A DNA stretch of 64,000 nt from the NCBI GenBank assembly GCA_965219085.1, contig OZ244720.1, positions 2,400,001-2,464,000 of the forward strand. Direction: 5' to 3'. Source of the stretch: Dehalococcoidia bacterium. GTDB taxonomy: Bacteria; Chloroflexota; Dehalococcoidia; UBA2979. Made by a program: the position numbers and the translations under genes. Below are positions 28,401 to 39,770 of this stretch, piece after piece (positions within the stretch are counted from its first letter, which is position 1; every line of letters starts with the position of its first letter). The notes under the pieces were generated by a model. That model saw nothing but the letters and a program-made list of their open reading frames with translations. It searched no databases and was not told where the DNA came from.

Positions 28401-29915
28401 ATGGCATCCAGCGCGTCCGCAGCGCAGCCCCGCGTCTTCTACGGCTGGTACATGGTCGGCGGCGGAGTCATCGGCTCCTTCGTCGCCGTGGGCGCCGGCT
28501 TCGCCTCGATGAGCGTCTTCCTGACCCCGGTCACCGAGGACCTCGGGTGGACCGTCGCGGCGTTCACGATTGCGACGGCGGGGGCGAACGCCGTCAACGG
28601 GATGTCCGGCATCATCGTCGGACCGCTCGTCGACCGCCACGGCCCCAGGGTGCTCATGGTGTTCGGGGCGTGCGCCCTCTCCGCGGCCATGTACATGACC
28701 TCGCACGTCACGGAGCTGTGGCAGTTCATCCTGTTACAGGCGTTCGGCGCCGGCCTCGGGCTCTCGCTGGTCGGGCCGCTCGTGGTCAACATCGCGCTCT
28801 CGAAGTGGTTCGTGATCGGGCGCGGGTGGGCGATCGCACTCGGCTCCACCGGCATCTCGTTCGCCGGGATGTTCGTGCCGTTCGCGATGACCCGCGTCGT
28901 CGACTCGCTCGGTTGGCGCGACGGCTACGTGATCCTCTCGATCGTCGTGCTCGCGCTCGCGCTGCCGACTGCCTTCATCATGCGCCGCCAGCCGGAGGAC
29001 TACGGCCTGCTGCCGGACGGGCACCGCGAGGACGGCGTCGGCGTCTCGCTGGCCGACACCGAGACGCTGCACCTCGACCGCCTCAACTCGTACACGCGCC
29101 GCGAGGCGCTGCGCACCAAGCCGATCTACTTGCTGACGCTGTCGTTCGCGTGCTTCGGAGCGGCGGCTACCGCACTGCTCATCCACGGCATCCCGTTCGT
29201 GACCGAGGCCGGATTCACGCGCACCGAGGCCGCCCTGGCGGTCGGCGTCGCGGGCGTCGGGAACCTCGCCGCGAAGATCCTGTGGGGGTGGGCGCTCGGC
29301 CGCTGGCACCCGCGCTACCTGTGGGCCACGTGCTTCGGGCTGCTGTGCATCGGCACGGCGCTGCAGCTCACCGCCGATGCGATGAACACGCTGCCGCTGA
29401 TGCACGTCGCGTTCTTCCTGTGGGGGCTCGGCTTCGGCGGCGGGGTGCCCCTCGGCGAGTTCATCTGGGCGAAGTACTACGGCCGGGTACACATCGGCGC
29501 GGTGCGCAGCGTGGGAATGCCGGCCGGCATCCTGTTCGGCGCGCTCGGGCCGATCAGCGCCTCGCTGCTGTTCGACGCGAGCGGCACGTACGTCTCGGCG
29601 TGGATCCTGATGATCGCCGTCTACTGCGTCGGGGCGGCCTCGGTGCTGATCTCGCGCGAGCCGGCGCAGAAGGTCACCGCCGCCCAACTCGCCGCGATGC
29701 CCTCGACCCCGCCCGCGCGGGCGGCCGCAGCCGTACCAGCGTCGCCCATCGCAACTGCTGTCCCTGCGGCCGCCACGATGCCGGTCGCGATCCTCACCCA
29801 CGACGGCCTCGGCTTGCTGGACGGGAACCTCGACGGCGTCGACGGCGTCGACGGCGTCGATGGAGCGTCAGCCGTCAGCGCGGCTGCGGCGCCGGTCCAG
29901 AGCGCTGCGCGGTGA
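28401..29915 (+). CDS. MFS transporter (OFA/MCT-like)
   Basis: FYGWYMV, GPLVDRHGPR motif A, about 12 TM segments; low-complexity C-terminal tail. Confidence 0.9.
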   Translation: MASSASAAQPRVFYGWYMVGGGVIGSFVAVGAGFASMSVFLTPVTEDLGWTVAAFTIATAGANAVNGMSGIIVGPLVDRHGPRVLMVFGACALSAAMYMTSHVTELWQFILLQAFGAGLGLSLVGPLVVNIALSKWFVIGRGWAIALGSTGISFAGMFVPFAMTRVVDSLGWRDGYVILSIVVLALALPTAFIMRRQPEDYGLLPDGHREDGVGVSLADTETLHLDRLNSYTRREALRTKPIYLLTLSFACFGAAATALLIHGIPFVTEAGFTRTEAALAVGVAGVGNLAAKILWGWALGRWHPRYLWATCFGLLCIGTALQLTADAMNTLPLMHVAFFLWGLGFGGGVPLGEFIWAKYYGRVHIGAVRSVGMPAGILFGALGPISASLLFDASGTYVSAWILMIAVYCVGAASVLISREPAQKVTAAQLAAMPSTPPARAAAAVPASPIATAVPAAATMPVAILTHDGLGLLDGNLDGVDGVDGVDGASAVSAAAAPVQSAAR

Positions 29916-31045
29916 CTGCGCGGAAGGCGCCGTGTCCGGGCGACTCCTTGTAGCACTGACGCTGGCCGTGGCCGCCCTCGCAGCCGCGGCGTGCGAGCGC
30001 GGCGGCGAGCCGCCGGCGCCCACGCCTACGGCGACAACGCAGTTCGACGTGACGGCTACAGCCGAGCCGACGGCAACACCTACCGCGACCGCCGAGCCGA
30101 CGCCGACCGTGACGCCTTCGCCGACACCAACTGTCGCGCCTTCGCCTGCAGCCACGCCGACCGCTTCACGTAAACCAACGGCCACACCCACGCCGGTGCC
30201 GACGCCTGCCGCGACGCCCACACCGAAGCCGACTCCCGCGCCCAAGCCGACACCGCCTGCCTCGCAGTGCCCCGAGCCGTCGACGCCGGTGGCCGTGGAG
30301 CCCGTGGCGACCGGGGCGCGCGAGGTGGCAACGCCGTCCGGTCGCTGGCAGCCCGCGATCCGCGAGATCGTGACCGACCACGAGGCCCTCGGCCGCGTGT
30401 ACTTCGAGCGCGACGACGCGATGGAACTGGAGCTCTGCGACGCGTTCGGCCTGTTCTTCCTGGATGTCGAGACAGGCGGCGTCGAGGGGTGGACGTGGGA
30501 CGCTCCCATCCTCCCTTCGCCCGGCAACCGGTTCGTGTACTTCTCGTCCGACGTGACCCCCGTGTTGTACGACCGGATGACCGAACGGTCGTACACGTGG
30601 GACGCGGGAGAGGTTTCGCTGGTTCCCGAGCGCCCCGAGCTACAGGCGGGGCACTGGCGCTCGCGTACCTTCACCGATGGCCTGCTGGGATGGAATACAG
30701 GTCAAGACGAGCGCCTCGTGTTCCGCAGCGGCACTCGCTACGCAGTCGTCAATGCCTCGCTCGGGGCGGACGCGTGGTTCGAGCTCGACGATGCTGCAGC
30801 GCCACTCAGGTGGTGGGTTCACCCGGACGGCACACACCTCCTGATGCGTTCCGTGACTGATGAGGAGTCCGAAGCGCGGCTCCACGCGATCGACCTGTCA
30901 GACGGGAGTCGAGCGACGGTTCGGGTTCCCGTGCCGTACGCCTACGCTCTGTATTCGCAGGTCCGCGTTTCCCGGTCAAGGGTCACGACGCTTTCCTTCC
31001 GCGAGGGCGGTACCTCTGACCGGACCCCCTTCGCGAGTCCACCGC

Positions 31046-31903
31046 TTATGAGAGTCCAGCGTGTAGCTGAGTCTCCCAGCGCTCGGCGTAGGCAGCCGGG
31101 GCGAGCCAGCCCAGGCTGCTATGCGGGCGCTTCGTGTTGTACTCGATCCGCCAGTCCTCGAGCAGCATCTGCGCCTCGAGCAGGCTGTCGAACTGCTCGA
31201 CCGCCAGGAACTCGTCGCGCAGCCGGCCGTTGAACGACTCGGCGTACGGGTTCTCCCACGGCGCGCCGGGCTCGATGTAGCTGCTGCCCGTGCCGGAGAA
31301 CCGGCACCAGTCGCGCAGCGCGTTGGCCGTGAGCTCGGGCCCATTGTCGCAACGGATGTACCCAGGCGCCGTCCCGCGCCGGGCGACGATCCCCTCGAGC
31401 GTTGAGGCCGTGGCGTCGGCGTTGATGCGCCTGGCGGCCACGATCGCCAGCGCCTCCCGTGTGTGCTCGTCGACGATGTTGAGCAGCTTCAGGACCCGCC
31501 CGTCCGCGGTCTGGTCGAACTGGAAGTCCAGCGCCCAGACGTGGTTCGGCCGCTCAGCGCGCAGCCTGGCGGCGGGCACCGCCGAGTCCCCCAGGCGCTG
31601 ACGCTTGCGCCGTTTCACCGGGACGCGCAGCCCTTCTTCACGCCAGAGCCGTTGCACCCGCTTGCGATTCACGCCCCATCCCTCCTCGCGTAAGGTCGCC
31701 CAGGCCCGGCGGTACCCCCAGCGGGGGTGGCCACGCGAGAAGGCGTGGAGTTCCGCGCGCAGCGCGTCGTCGCCGCGGCCGCGCGTCGGGAGGCGGCGCT
31801 GTGTGGAGCGGTGCTGGCCGGTGACCCGGCATGCCCGCCGTTCCGACAACTCGAGGCGGTCCTGCAACATGCAGACTGCCTCGCGCCGGCGCGACGGGCT
31901 TAC
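31046..31903 (-). CDS. IS3 OrfB (DDE integrase-like domain), expressed by -1 frameshift
   Basis: WGYRR, VNRKRVQRL, WALDF, CDNGPE, PWENPYAESFNGRL; slippery GGGGAAAC at 31906-31913 (minus strand). Confidence 0.93.
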   Translation of the reverse strand, partial: VSPSRRREAVCMLQDRLELSERRACRVTGQHRSTQRRLPTRGRGDDALRAELHAFSRGHPRWGYRRAWATLREEGWGVNRKRVQRLWREEGLRVPVKRRKRQRLGDSAVPAARLRAERPNHVWALDFQFDQTADGRVLKLLNIVDEHTREALAIVAARRINADATASTLEGIVARRGTAPGYIRCDNGPELTANALRDWCRFSGTGSSYIEPGAPWENPYAESFNGRLRDEFLAVEQFDSLLEAQMLLEDWRIEYNTKRPHSSLGWLAPAAYAERWETQLHAGLS

Positions 31904-32178
31904 CAGTTTCCCCGGGCGATCTCCTTGAGCGCGTCGATCTCGAGTTCCTTGTCGGCGACGATCCGCTTCAGCCGGACGTTCTCGCGCTCCAGCTCGCGCA
32001 GCCGTTTGGCGTCGTCGGCCTTCATCGCGCCGTACTGGTTGCGCCAGCGGTGGTAGGTCTGCTCCGAGATCTCGACCTGCTTCGCCGCCTCGGCGATCGT
32101 CTGCCCTTCGCCGAGCAGCCGCTCCACCTCGCGCAGCTTCCGCACGATCTGCTCGGGCGTGTGCCTGCGTCGTTTCAC
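31900..32178 (-). CDS. IS3 OrfA (HTH)
   Basis: HTPEQIVRKLRE, ISEQTYHRWRNQYG, RLRELERENVRLK. Confidence 0.93.
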   Translation of the reverse strand: MKRRRHTPEQIVRKLREVERLLGEGQTIAEAAKQVEISEQTYHRWRNQYGAMKADDAKRLRELERENVRLKRIVADKELEIDALKEIARGNW

Positions 32179-33231
32179 CGTGATGTCCTCCTCTGCCCAC
32201 TTTCATGGGCCAAAGGACTCTCATCAACGGTGGTCCCGTTTCAAGGGGTCAGGTCACCTCTGTCACGCACTATGACTGGGCACTCACGGCTCTGTCATCG
32301 ATCACGTTCCCTTTTGGTGAACTCTCGCAAGACGGGTCGCTGCTGGTAGGCGCGCTGTTTACCCCGGGCTTTGAACTTGGGGTGACCTTCGGATTGAGTG
32401 TCACGTCGATCTTCGACACGGTCACTGGCGTCGAACTGCTTCGCGTTAAGGGTGCCCTTCCGTCAAGGAGTCTCTATGGCGTCCACGAAGGGCGAAGCGT
32501 CTGGCTCCCAGGCGGCTCGGGGCTGGTCCTCGGCACACGCGACGGTTCGAGCATCGTGAGAATGGATGACCCACGGGTCAGCGTGTTTCCAGCAGAAACG
32601 CGCTCGTGGGAGGGCCTGCTGATCCCGAGCCCGGACCGCGTCGACCGCCTAGATCGGCCGTTCCAGTACTCCCTCCCGTACTGCGACGGGGCCGACAGCG
32701 AGGATGGCCGGGGTGAACAGTGCCGCGCGCTGAGCGCCAGAGTTGTGCGCGACACCGGACTGGAACTGATGTCGGCCCGGGTGACGCTCCGAATCTTGCC
32801 CGGAAGCTTCTGGGACCTTCTGCGATGGTCTGGCCTTGCCGGGGCGTACAACCGGACCTCGTGGGGTCTCACGAGTGATGAGCTTCGCATGCACCTCAGC
32901 CTGGGTGGGCAGTACGAGGATGGCTGGGCCCGTCCTGTGCTGCCGCTCGCTGTCGACCGTCCGCCATTCGCCCCGCTGATGGCGCTAGAGGTTTCGGGTG
33001 GTGATACGTGCACACACCTGCGCGTAGCCCCGGAATTCGAGGCTGAGAGTCTCGCGTGCCTCCCGGACAGGGTGTCTGTGGCGGCGGCCACCGACCGGTT
33101 CAGCTACATGCTGGACCTTACCTCGAGCGATTCCGGCGATTGGGTGCACGTCCGCACCGAGGACGGCATCGCGGGCTGGCTGCCCCTCGGAAACGTGCGC
33201 TGGGCGGAGTAGCGTCTCGATCCGGCCTCGG

Positions 33232-33705
33232 TCAGCGCGGCTGTGGCACCGGCCCGAAGCGCTGCTCGATAACCCCTCGGCGGAAGTCGAAGATCGCTTG
33301 CACGCGCGGGGCGATCACGCGCTCGTTCAAGAGGCCGCCGAGGGGGCCGAACGGCAGCGCGTAGTGCACGATGTCCCGCATCTCCGTGCCGCCCGCCACC
33401 TCGCGGAAGTGGTGCTGGTGGTGCCAGAAGCGGTACGGCCCGATGCGCTGGTCGTCGACGAACAACTCCTCCTCGACGACCGCGGTGATCTCCGTCACCC
33501 ACGTCACCGGGATCCCGAGCAGCGGTCGCACGCGGTAGACCACGATCAGGCCCGGGTGCGCGCGCTCCGGGATGTCCCCGGTGATCTCGAAGCCCATGTC
33601 GGGCGGCGTGATCACCGAGAGGTTGCGGGGATTCGAGAAGAACGCCCACGCCTCCGCGCGGTCGACCGGCAGTACCTGCACCGCTTCGAATCGGTGGAGG
33701 CTCAT
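33232..33705 (-). CDS. SRPBCC/START-like protein
   Basis: WAFFSNPRNLSVITPP, FVDDQRIGPYRFWHHQH. Confidence 0.88.
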   Translation of the reverse strand: MSLHRFEAVQVLPVDRAEAWAFFSNPRNLSVITPPDMGFEITGDIPERAHPGLIVVYRVRPLLGIPVTWVTEITAVVEEELFVDDQRIGPYRFWHHQHHFREVAGGTEMRDIVHYALPFGPLGGLLNERVIAPRVQAIFDFRRGVIEQRFGPVPQPR

Positions 33706-33739
33706 CGGGGACTCCCTTCCGTCGGTGAGAGGTGGTTCG

Positions 33740-34906
33740 CTACTCGGGGTCGTCGAGGGCAGCGCTCGCGATGGTCTCCAGCGCGCGCGCCTCGATCGGT
33801 GGGTTGATGAGCCCGCTGCGCACGTCGCGGAAGTAGCGTTCGAGGGGCTCCGAGCGGTGCATCGCGACGCCGCCGACAATCCGCATCGCGATCTCGACGA
33901 CCTCGACCGCGGTGTTCGTCGCGAGGCGCTTCGAGGCCGCGACCTGAGGGCCGAGACGCGGACGCTCCTCCGGCGTGCGCTCCCACGCTTCCGAGGTCTG
34001 CATCAGCAGGGCGGACGCGGCCATGAGCGCGGCGTCCATGCGCCCGACCTGCTCGCGCACGTGCGGCACGGCGGCGACGGGGCCGGGCGCGCCAATGGGC
34101 CGGCGCTCGCGCGCGAAGCGCACGGCGTAGTCGCGTGCAGCCTCGGCCACACCGAGGCTCGTCGCGCCAACGAGGATGGCGAACCACGCGGCGGGCCGCT
34201 CGCGCTGGCGGGCGGGGTCGGAGCGCGTGACGAAGTCCTCGTCCGTCACGAGCACGTCGTCGAAGCAGACGTCGTCGGAGCCGCTGGCGCGCATGCCGAG
34301 CGCGTCCCACGTCCCCTCGATGCGCACACCGGGCAGGTCGCGGCCGATGGCGATGCGGCCGACCTCGCCGCTGCCGTCCTCGACGGCGACGTAGGTGACG
34401 AAGTGGGTGAGGACGGGCGCGGCGGTGGTGTAGGTCTTGCGCCCGCTCACGCGCCAGCGGCCGGGGCCGTCAGGCGTGGCTGTGGTCTCGGGGCGGCCGC
34501 CGCCTTGCGGTGAGCCGAGGTTGCGCTCGGCGGCGGCGTTGTTGATCAGCGCGCCCTCGTGCACGACGGCGCGGAAGATGCGCTCGCGTGCTGCCTCGGG
34601 CCACTGGCGCGCCTGCCCCTCGGCGCCGCACAGCATGAGATGCATCGCAAGCCCGAGTGCGGTCGAGCCGTCGCCCTTCGCGAGCTCGATCTGCGCGCGC
34701 GCGACGTCGTCGAGGCCGTACCCGCCGCCGCTGTACTCGGTCGGGACCGAGGCGGCGGTGTAGCCGGAGCGGCGGGCTGCCTCGAAGTGCTCGTGGGGGA
34801 AGGAGCCCGCGCGGTCGTGCTCGGCGGCGCGCACCGCGAACCGGGCCGCGAGGCGCCGCGCCTGGGCTACCAGTTCGGCCTGTCGTTCAGTCTTCGGCTC
34901 CACCAT
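33740..34906 (-). CDS. Acyl-CoA dehydrogenase-fold flavoprotein (possibly a flavin-dependent monooxygenase)
   Basis: STALGLAMH, GRKTYTT, WDALGMRASGS, LERYFRDVR; start may be GTG 34903. Confidence 0.85.
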   Translation of the reverse strand: MVEPKTERQAELVAQARRLAARFAVRAAEHDRAGSFPHEHFEAARRSGYTAASVPTEYSGGGYGLDDVARAQIELAKGDGSTALGLAMHLMLCGAEGQARQWPEAARERIFRAVVHEGALINNAAAERNLGSPQGGGRPETTATPDGPGRWRVSGRKTYTTAAPVLTHFVTYVAVEDGSGEVGRIAIGRDLPGVRIEGTWDALGMRASGSDDVCFDDVLVTDEDFVTRSDPARQRERPAAWFAILVGATSLGVAEAARDYAVRFARERRPIGAPGPVAAVPHVREQVGRMDAALMAASALLMQTSEAWERTPEERPRLGPQVAASKRLATNTAVEVVEIAMRIVGGVAMHRSEPLERYFRDVRSGLINPPIEARALETIASAALDDPE

Positions 34907-34942
34907 TCGAGCGTAGCACCGGCACACCGCAAGCGGACGTGA

Positions 34943-34970
34943 CGAGGGGCCGGCGGAAGCCGGCCCCTCG
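34943..34970 (-). terminator. groEL terminator hairpin
   Basis: CGAGGGGCCGGC-GGAA-GCCGGCCCCTCG perfect stem. Confidence 0.7.
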
Positions 34971-34994
34971 GTGTGGTCGCGACTGCGTCGGGGC

Positions 34995-36620
<1,626 letters not shown>

Positions 36621-36725
36621 GCGCTTCAACTCCTTCTCAGTCGCTGCATCGAGGGCCGTACAAGAACGCCGCGGACCGCCCTCTCAGTCCCGCGACGCCG
36701 GTTTGCTTCCGTCAGTACGCACTCG

Positions 36726-36752
36726 TTAGCACTCTCACTTGCCGAGTGCTAA
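36726..36752. promoter_or_regulatory. CIRCE element (HrcA operator)
   Basis: Exact TTAGCACTC-N9-GAGTGCTAA upstream of groEL. Confidence 0.97.
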
Positions 36753-36784
36753 ACGTTTGTACCCAATCGAGCCCCACTGCGCAA

Positions 36785-36809
36785 GTACCCGCGCCGGAAG
36801 CGCGGGTAC
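36785..36809 (-). terminator. Hairpin just beyond the distal copy of the nuoB 3' end
   Basis: GTACCCGCGC-CGGAA-GCGCGGGTAC. Confidence 0.6.
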
Positions 36810-36811
36810 AT

Positions 36812-36888
36812 CGAACGCAACGCGGAGCGGCTGTTAGCGCTGGAGCAGCGGCACGCCGCCGCTGCGCCGCATCGGGTCGTCGAGGCCC
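36812..36888. repeat. 77-bp direct repeat, copy 1 (duplicate of the nuoB 3' end)
   Basis: Matches 38620-38696 at 76/77 positions. Confidence 0.95.
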
Positions 36889-36898
36889 CGGTGAGGTG

Positions 36899-38539
36899 TC
36901 AGCGGTCAGCATGACGCCCCGAAAGGGCTTCGGTCGCGCGCGCCATAGCGGGCGTGCACGCCGAGCACCAGCCACTGCCTGACTCGCGCCTCCCACACCC
37001 GAGGCACACGCCGCATTCAGGGCATTGCCGGGTGCCGATCGCGGGGCCGTTGCGTTCCAGGTGCGTCCAGCCCGCAGAGCCGCAGCTTGGGCAGGGGATA
37101 TGCACAAGATCTGCGTCCACCACGACTCGGACCTCACGCAGAGCGTCGTCGAATCCCGCCATCTGGAACATCAGCCCTTGCATCATCGTGGCCAACGTGG
37201 CCTGAGCCAGCTTGTTAATGGGCTCCGGGTCGGTGACCACGGTTTCGGCTGGGGTGCTGGTGTGGCGAGCCATTGCGGCCGTGCATGTCGAGCACCACGC
37301 GTCGGTCACGGATCCACTACAACCAAGACATACTCCGCAGCCATCGCAAGGCTCTACGCCGATCACTCGACCGTGACCGTCGACATGAGCCCAACCGACA
37401 GATCCGCACGCAGGACACGGGACACGTCTGTAGTCGACGTCAAGTAGTGTCCGCAACTCTCGGGCCACTTCGGCAAGACCGGCCTGGCTGAGGAGGTCTT
37501 CATGGCGAATTGTGGCTCCAATGGGTATCGGTTCTGTTCTGGCCCCGGTTCGTCCTGCCCCCTCGTCCTCGCGGACAAGTTCCAAGTCGGCGAAGTCGGG
37601 CAGTCCGATGTCTGGGTGCTCGCCGAGGATCCGCTCCGCAATGGATATGGCGGGCGTGCAGATAGTGCACCAACCGGCAACCTGTTCGTCGTCCCCGCAA
37701 GAAGGGCACGAGTGGCAGCTAAAGCAGACCCGGGCGCCAAGCAATCCGGGGTGGGGCCCGACGAGTGTGTAGCGCTGGAATCCGAAGAGCGGCTGGGAGT
37801 GCTCGCGCACTCCCGCTTCGGGACTGTCGCTCTCCACGTGGAGGTATCCGTCCACAGAACAGTGCCAGCAGCGTACTCGCTTGAGATTCGCGTTCTCCAA
37901 AGTTCGCAGATCCGCAACCGCGCGTTCGAAACCGGCATGATGGAGAGCGGTCGCCCTCAGAAGGAGCGCCTCCGAGGCCTCTCGAAACACAACTGCGGGA
38001 TTCGGGCCGCCGACCCCATGGTCGCAAAGAATCGCGAGACGACCTGCATAGACCGCCTCGCCTGCGAGCAGTCCGGCCACGCTGTAGTGCCGCTCCCCAG
38101 TCGCGATGGTGGCGCGGGACGCGGCAGCGGCTGCGTACGAGTGGCGACGTAGTATGTGGCCGAGAGATCCGCGGGCCCCATTGCCTGCAGACGCGAGTAC
38201 GGGGCTTAGCACTTCCTCGACGTACGCCGCTTTGGGACGCCCATGGAGCACAGTTTCGGCGCAGGTTCGCAGCCTGCCGGCGACCGTAGAGGCGAGCGCT
38301 CGGGCCTCGCTCAGATCGGAGCGCATCGCCTGACGTTGACGGGATATGCGTGACCGCGCAGGTTCGGCAGTGCGCTCCGGCGAATCCTCGGCCGCGCGCC
38401 AATCAGCAGCGACGTCGTCCAGAGCGTCAGCGAGGGCGCGGAAGATCGTCGCCGTGCCCGCCGAGGCGTGTGCAGCTTCAGAACGACGCGAAGCTCTGTC
38501 GCCCCCTCCGCCCACCCAGCGCCTGATTCTGTTCAGCAT
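36899..38539 (-). CDS. Hypothetical Cys-rich protein with three repeated putative multi-zinc modules
   Basis: 546-aa ORF filling the interval between the 77-bp repeats; three CxxC..GxxH..CxxCxxCxxC..WCxxC modules; TAGATT 7 nt before the ATG. Confidence 0.8.
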   Translation of the reverse strand: MLNRIRRWVGGGGDRASRRSEAAHASAGTATIFRALADALDDVAADWRAAEDSPERTAEPARSRISRQRQAMRSDLSEARALASTVAGRLRTCAETVLHGRPKAAYVEEVLSPVLASAGNGARGSLGHILRRHSYAAAAASRATIATGERHYSVAGLLAGEAVYAGRLAILCDHGVGGPNPAVVFREASEALLLRATALHHAGFERAVADLRTLENANLKRVRCWHCSVDGYLHVESDSPEAGVREHSQPLFGFQRYTLVGPHPGLLGARVCFSCHSCPSCGDDEQVAGWCTICTPAISIAERILGEHPDIGLPDFADLELVREDEGAGRTGARTEPIPIGATIRHEDLLSQAGLAEVARELRTLLDVDYRRVPCPACGSVGWAHVDGHGRVIGVEPCDGCGVCLGCSGSVTDAWCSTCTAAMARHTSTPAETVVTDPEPINKLAQATLATMMQGLMFQMAGFDDALREVRVVVDADLVHIPCPSCGSAGWTHLERNGPAIGTRQCPECGVCLGCGRRESGSGWCSACTPAMARATEALSGRHADR

Positions 38540-38619
38540 GACGAAGAATCTACAGCGAGGTGGCGAGCCTAGCTACTGACCCTCAAGGTCACTACGCCCT
38601 CTGTGGAAGCGTCTCAGGC

Positions 38620-38696
38620 CGAACGCAACGCGGAGCGGCTGTTAGCGCTGGAGCAGCGGGACGCCGCCGCTGCGCCGCATCGGGTCGTCGAGGCCC
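38620..38696. repeat. 77-bp direct repeat, copy 2 (nuoB 3' end, stop and 22 nt)
   Basis: Matches 36812-36888. Confidence 0.95.
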
Positions 38697-39346
38697 GCGT
38701 ACGGTGGGAACAGCGACTCCAGCTCGGCGCGGATCGGGTCGCCCTCGGGCAGGTACGGCGAGAAGTCGCCGTCGGGCTCGAGGCGCTCCCGGACGCCGTG
38801 GGTGCCGAACTCGCGGATCTTGTCCTGCAGCATCATCAGGCCCTGCAGCAGCGACTCGGGCCGCGGCGGGCAGCCGGGCACGTAGACATCGACGGGCGAG
38901 ACGAGGTTCACGCCGGGCAGGACGGAGTAACCGTAGGCGAAGGGGCCGCCCATGATCGCGCAGCCACCCATGGAGATGACCCACTTCGGCTCGGCCATCT
39001 GCACGTACACGCGCCGCACGGCCGGGGCCATCTTCCAGGTCACGGTGCCTGCGACGATCATCAGGTCCGCCTGGCGCGGCGAGGCGCGGAACACCTCGGA
39101 GCCGAAGCGCGCGATGTCATACCGCGAGGTCGCGCTGGCGATCATCTCGATGGCGCAACAGGCGAGGCCGAACATCGCCGGCCACAGCGAGGAGGAGCGC
39201 GCCCAGTTCATCACCTGGTCGACGGAGGTGAGGAGGACGTTCTTGCGCAGTTCTTCTTCGAGGTCGGCCGGAGCGACATCCGTCGACGAGTCGAAGAGTT
39301 GCAGACGTTGCCGGGTCTCAGGGCTCATGCCCCCGCTGCTCACCAC
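38642..39346 (-). CDS. nuoB: NADH-quinone oxidoreductase subunit B, standalone
   Basis: [37 protein letters not shown]. Confidence 0.95.
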   Translation of the reverse strand: MVSSGGMSPETRQRLQLFDSSTDVAPADLEEELRKNVLLTSVDQVMNWARSSSLWPAMFGLACCAIEMIASATSRYDIARFGSEVFRASPRQADLMIVAGTVTWKMAPAVRRVYVQMAEPKWVISMGGCAIMGGPFAYGYSVLPGVNLVSPVDVYVPGCPPRPESLLQGLMMLQDKIREFGTHGVRERLEPDGDFSPYLPEGDPIRAELESLFPPYAGLDDPMRRSGGVPLLQR

Positions 39347-39526
39347 GGCGTCACTCCTCGCTCCCCGGCTACCTTCGATCGGGCTAACGCCCCCGGGTGC
39401 CGGATCGCGGCGATCGTAGCCGAACGCGCCGAGGGCGTCGAGGCGCGGGCAGCGCGCGCACCTCGGGCTTCGCCGTCGCGTGCTGATGCCGACGCAGTCG
39501 TGGCGCGGCCAGGCGGCCCATGAGCA

Positions 39527-39736
39527 TCAGCTTGGCGACTTTCGGCGCACGTATACGAGGTAGATCGCAATTGCGACCACGACCTGGTACGCAACGACAG
39601 CCGCGATCGTGGCTTCGGAGGGGCCGGGCGCAAGCTTGGCGATAAACATGCCACCGCCCATGCCGATGGCAGCATGGAGCGTGCTGAGCCTGGCAGCAGT
39701 CAGCATCTGGCGCCCGCTCTTCGGTGGGGGGTACAT
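39527..39736 (-). CDS. Small hypothetical membrane protein
   Basis: GGAG RBS, hydrophobic segments followed by a basic C-terminus. Confidence 0.45.
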   Translation of the reverse strand: MYPPPKSGRQMLTAARLSTLHAAIGMGGGMFIAKLAPGPSEATIAAVVAYQVVVAIAIYLVYVRRKSPS

Positions 39737-39770
39737 CGCTCTCCGGGCTCCCGGCGTTCCCGAAGGACTC

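Larger units (their letters stand above)
31017..32256 (-). mobile_element. IS3-family insertion sequence (IS407-like), 1240 bp
   Basis: TG...CA ends, imperfect terminal IRs of about 41 bp (TGACC.GACCCC...CCACCG...ATGAGAGTCC), 4-bp target duplication CCTC at 31013-31016 and 32257-32260. Confidence 0.96.
29932..33212 (+). pseudogene. Lipoprotein (Pro/Thr linker, probable beta-rich body, C-terminal SH3b-like domain) interrupted by an IS3-family element
   Basis: Lipobox LAAAAC, PTPT linker; removing the IS and one CCTC restores ...EGGT-SVTHYDW... in frame (about 678 aa); ends with WVHVRTEDGIAGWL. Confidence 0.85.

Noticed and set aside
29830-30260. 9-bp (DGV)n repeats and Pro/Thr repeats considered as a CRISPR-like array
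   Set aside because: Coding low-complexity repeats without unique spacers; no cas genes in the window
31046-32227. 393-aa single-ORF transposase from the ORF track
   Set aside because: The N-terminal part is the off-frame extension of OrfB; the real product is OrfA plus OrfB joined by -1 frameshift
36812-38696. Integron cassette or multiheme cytochrome interpretation
   Set aside because: No attC-like palindrome or intI, the repeats are host gene sequence, and the protein has only one CxxCH and no clear signal peptide
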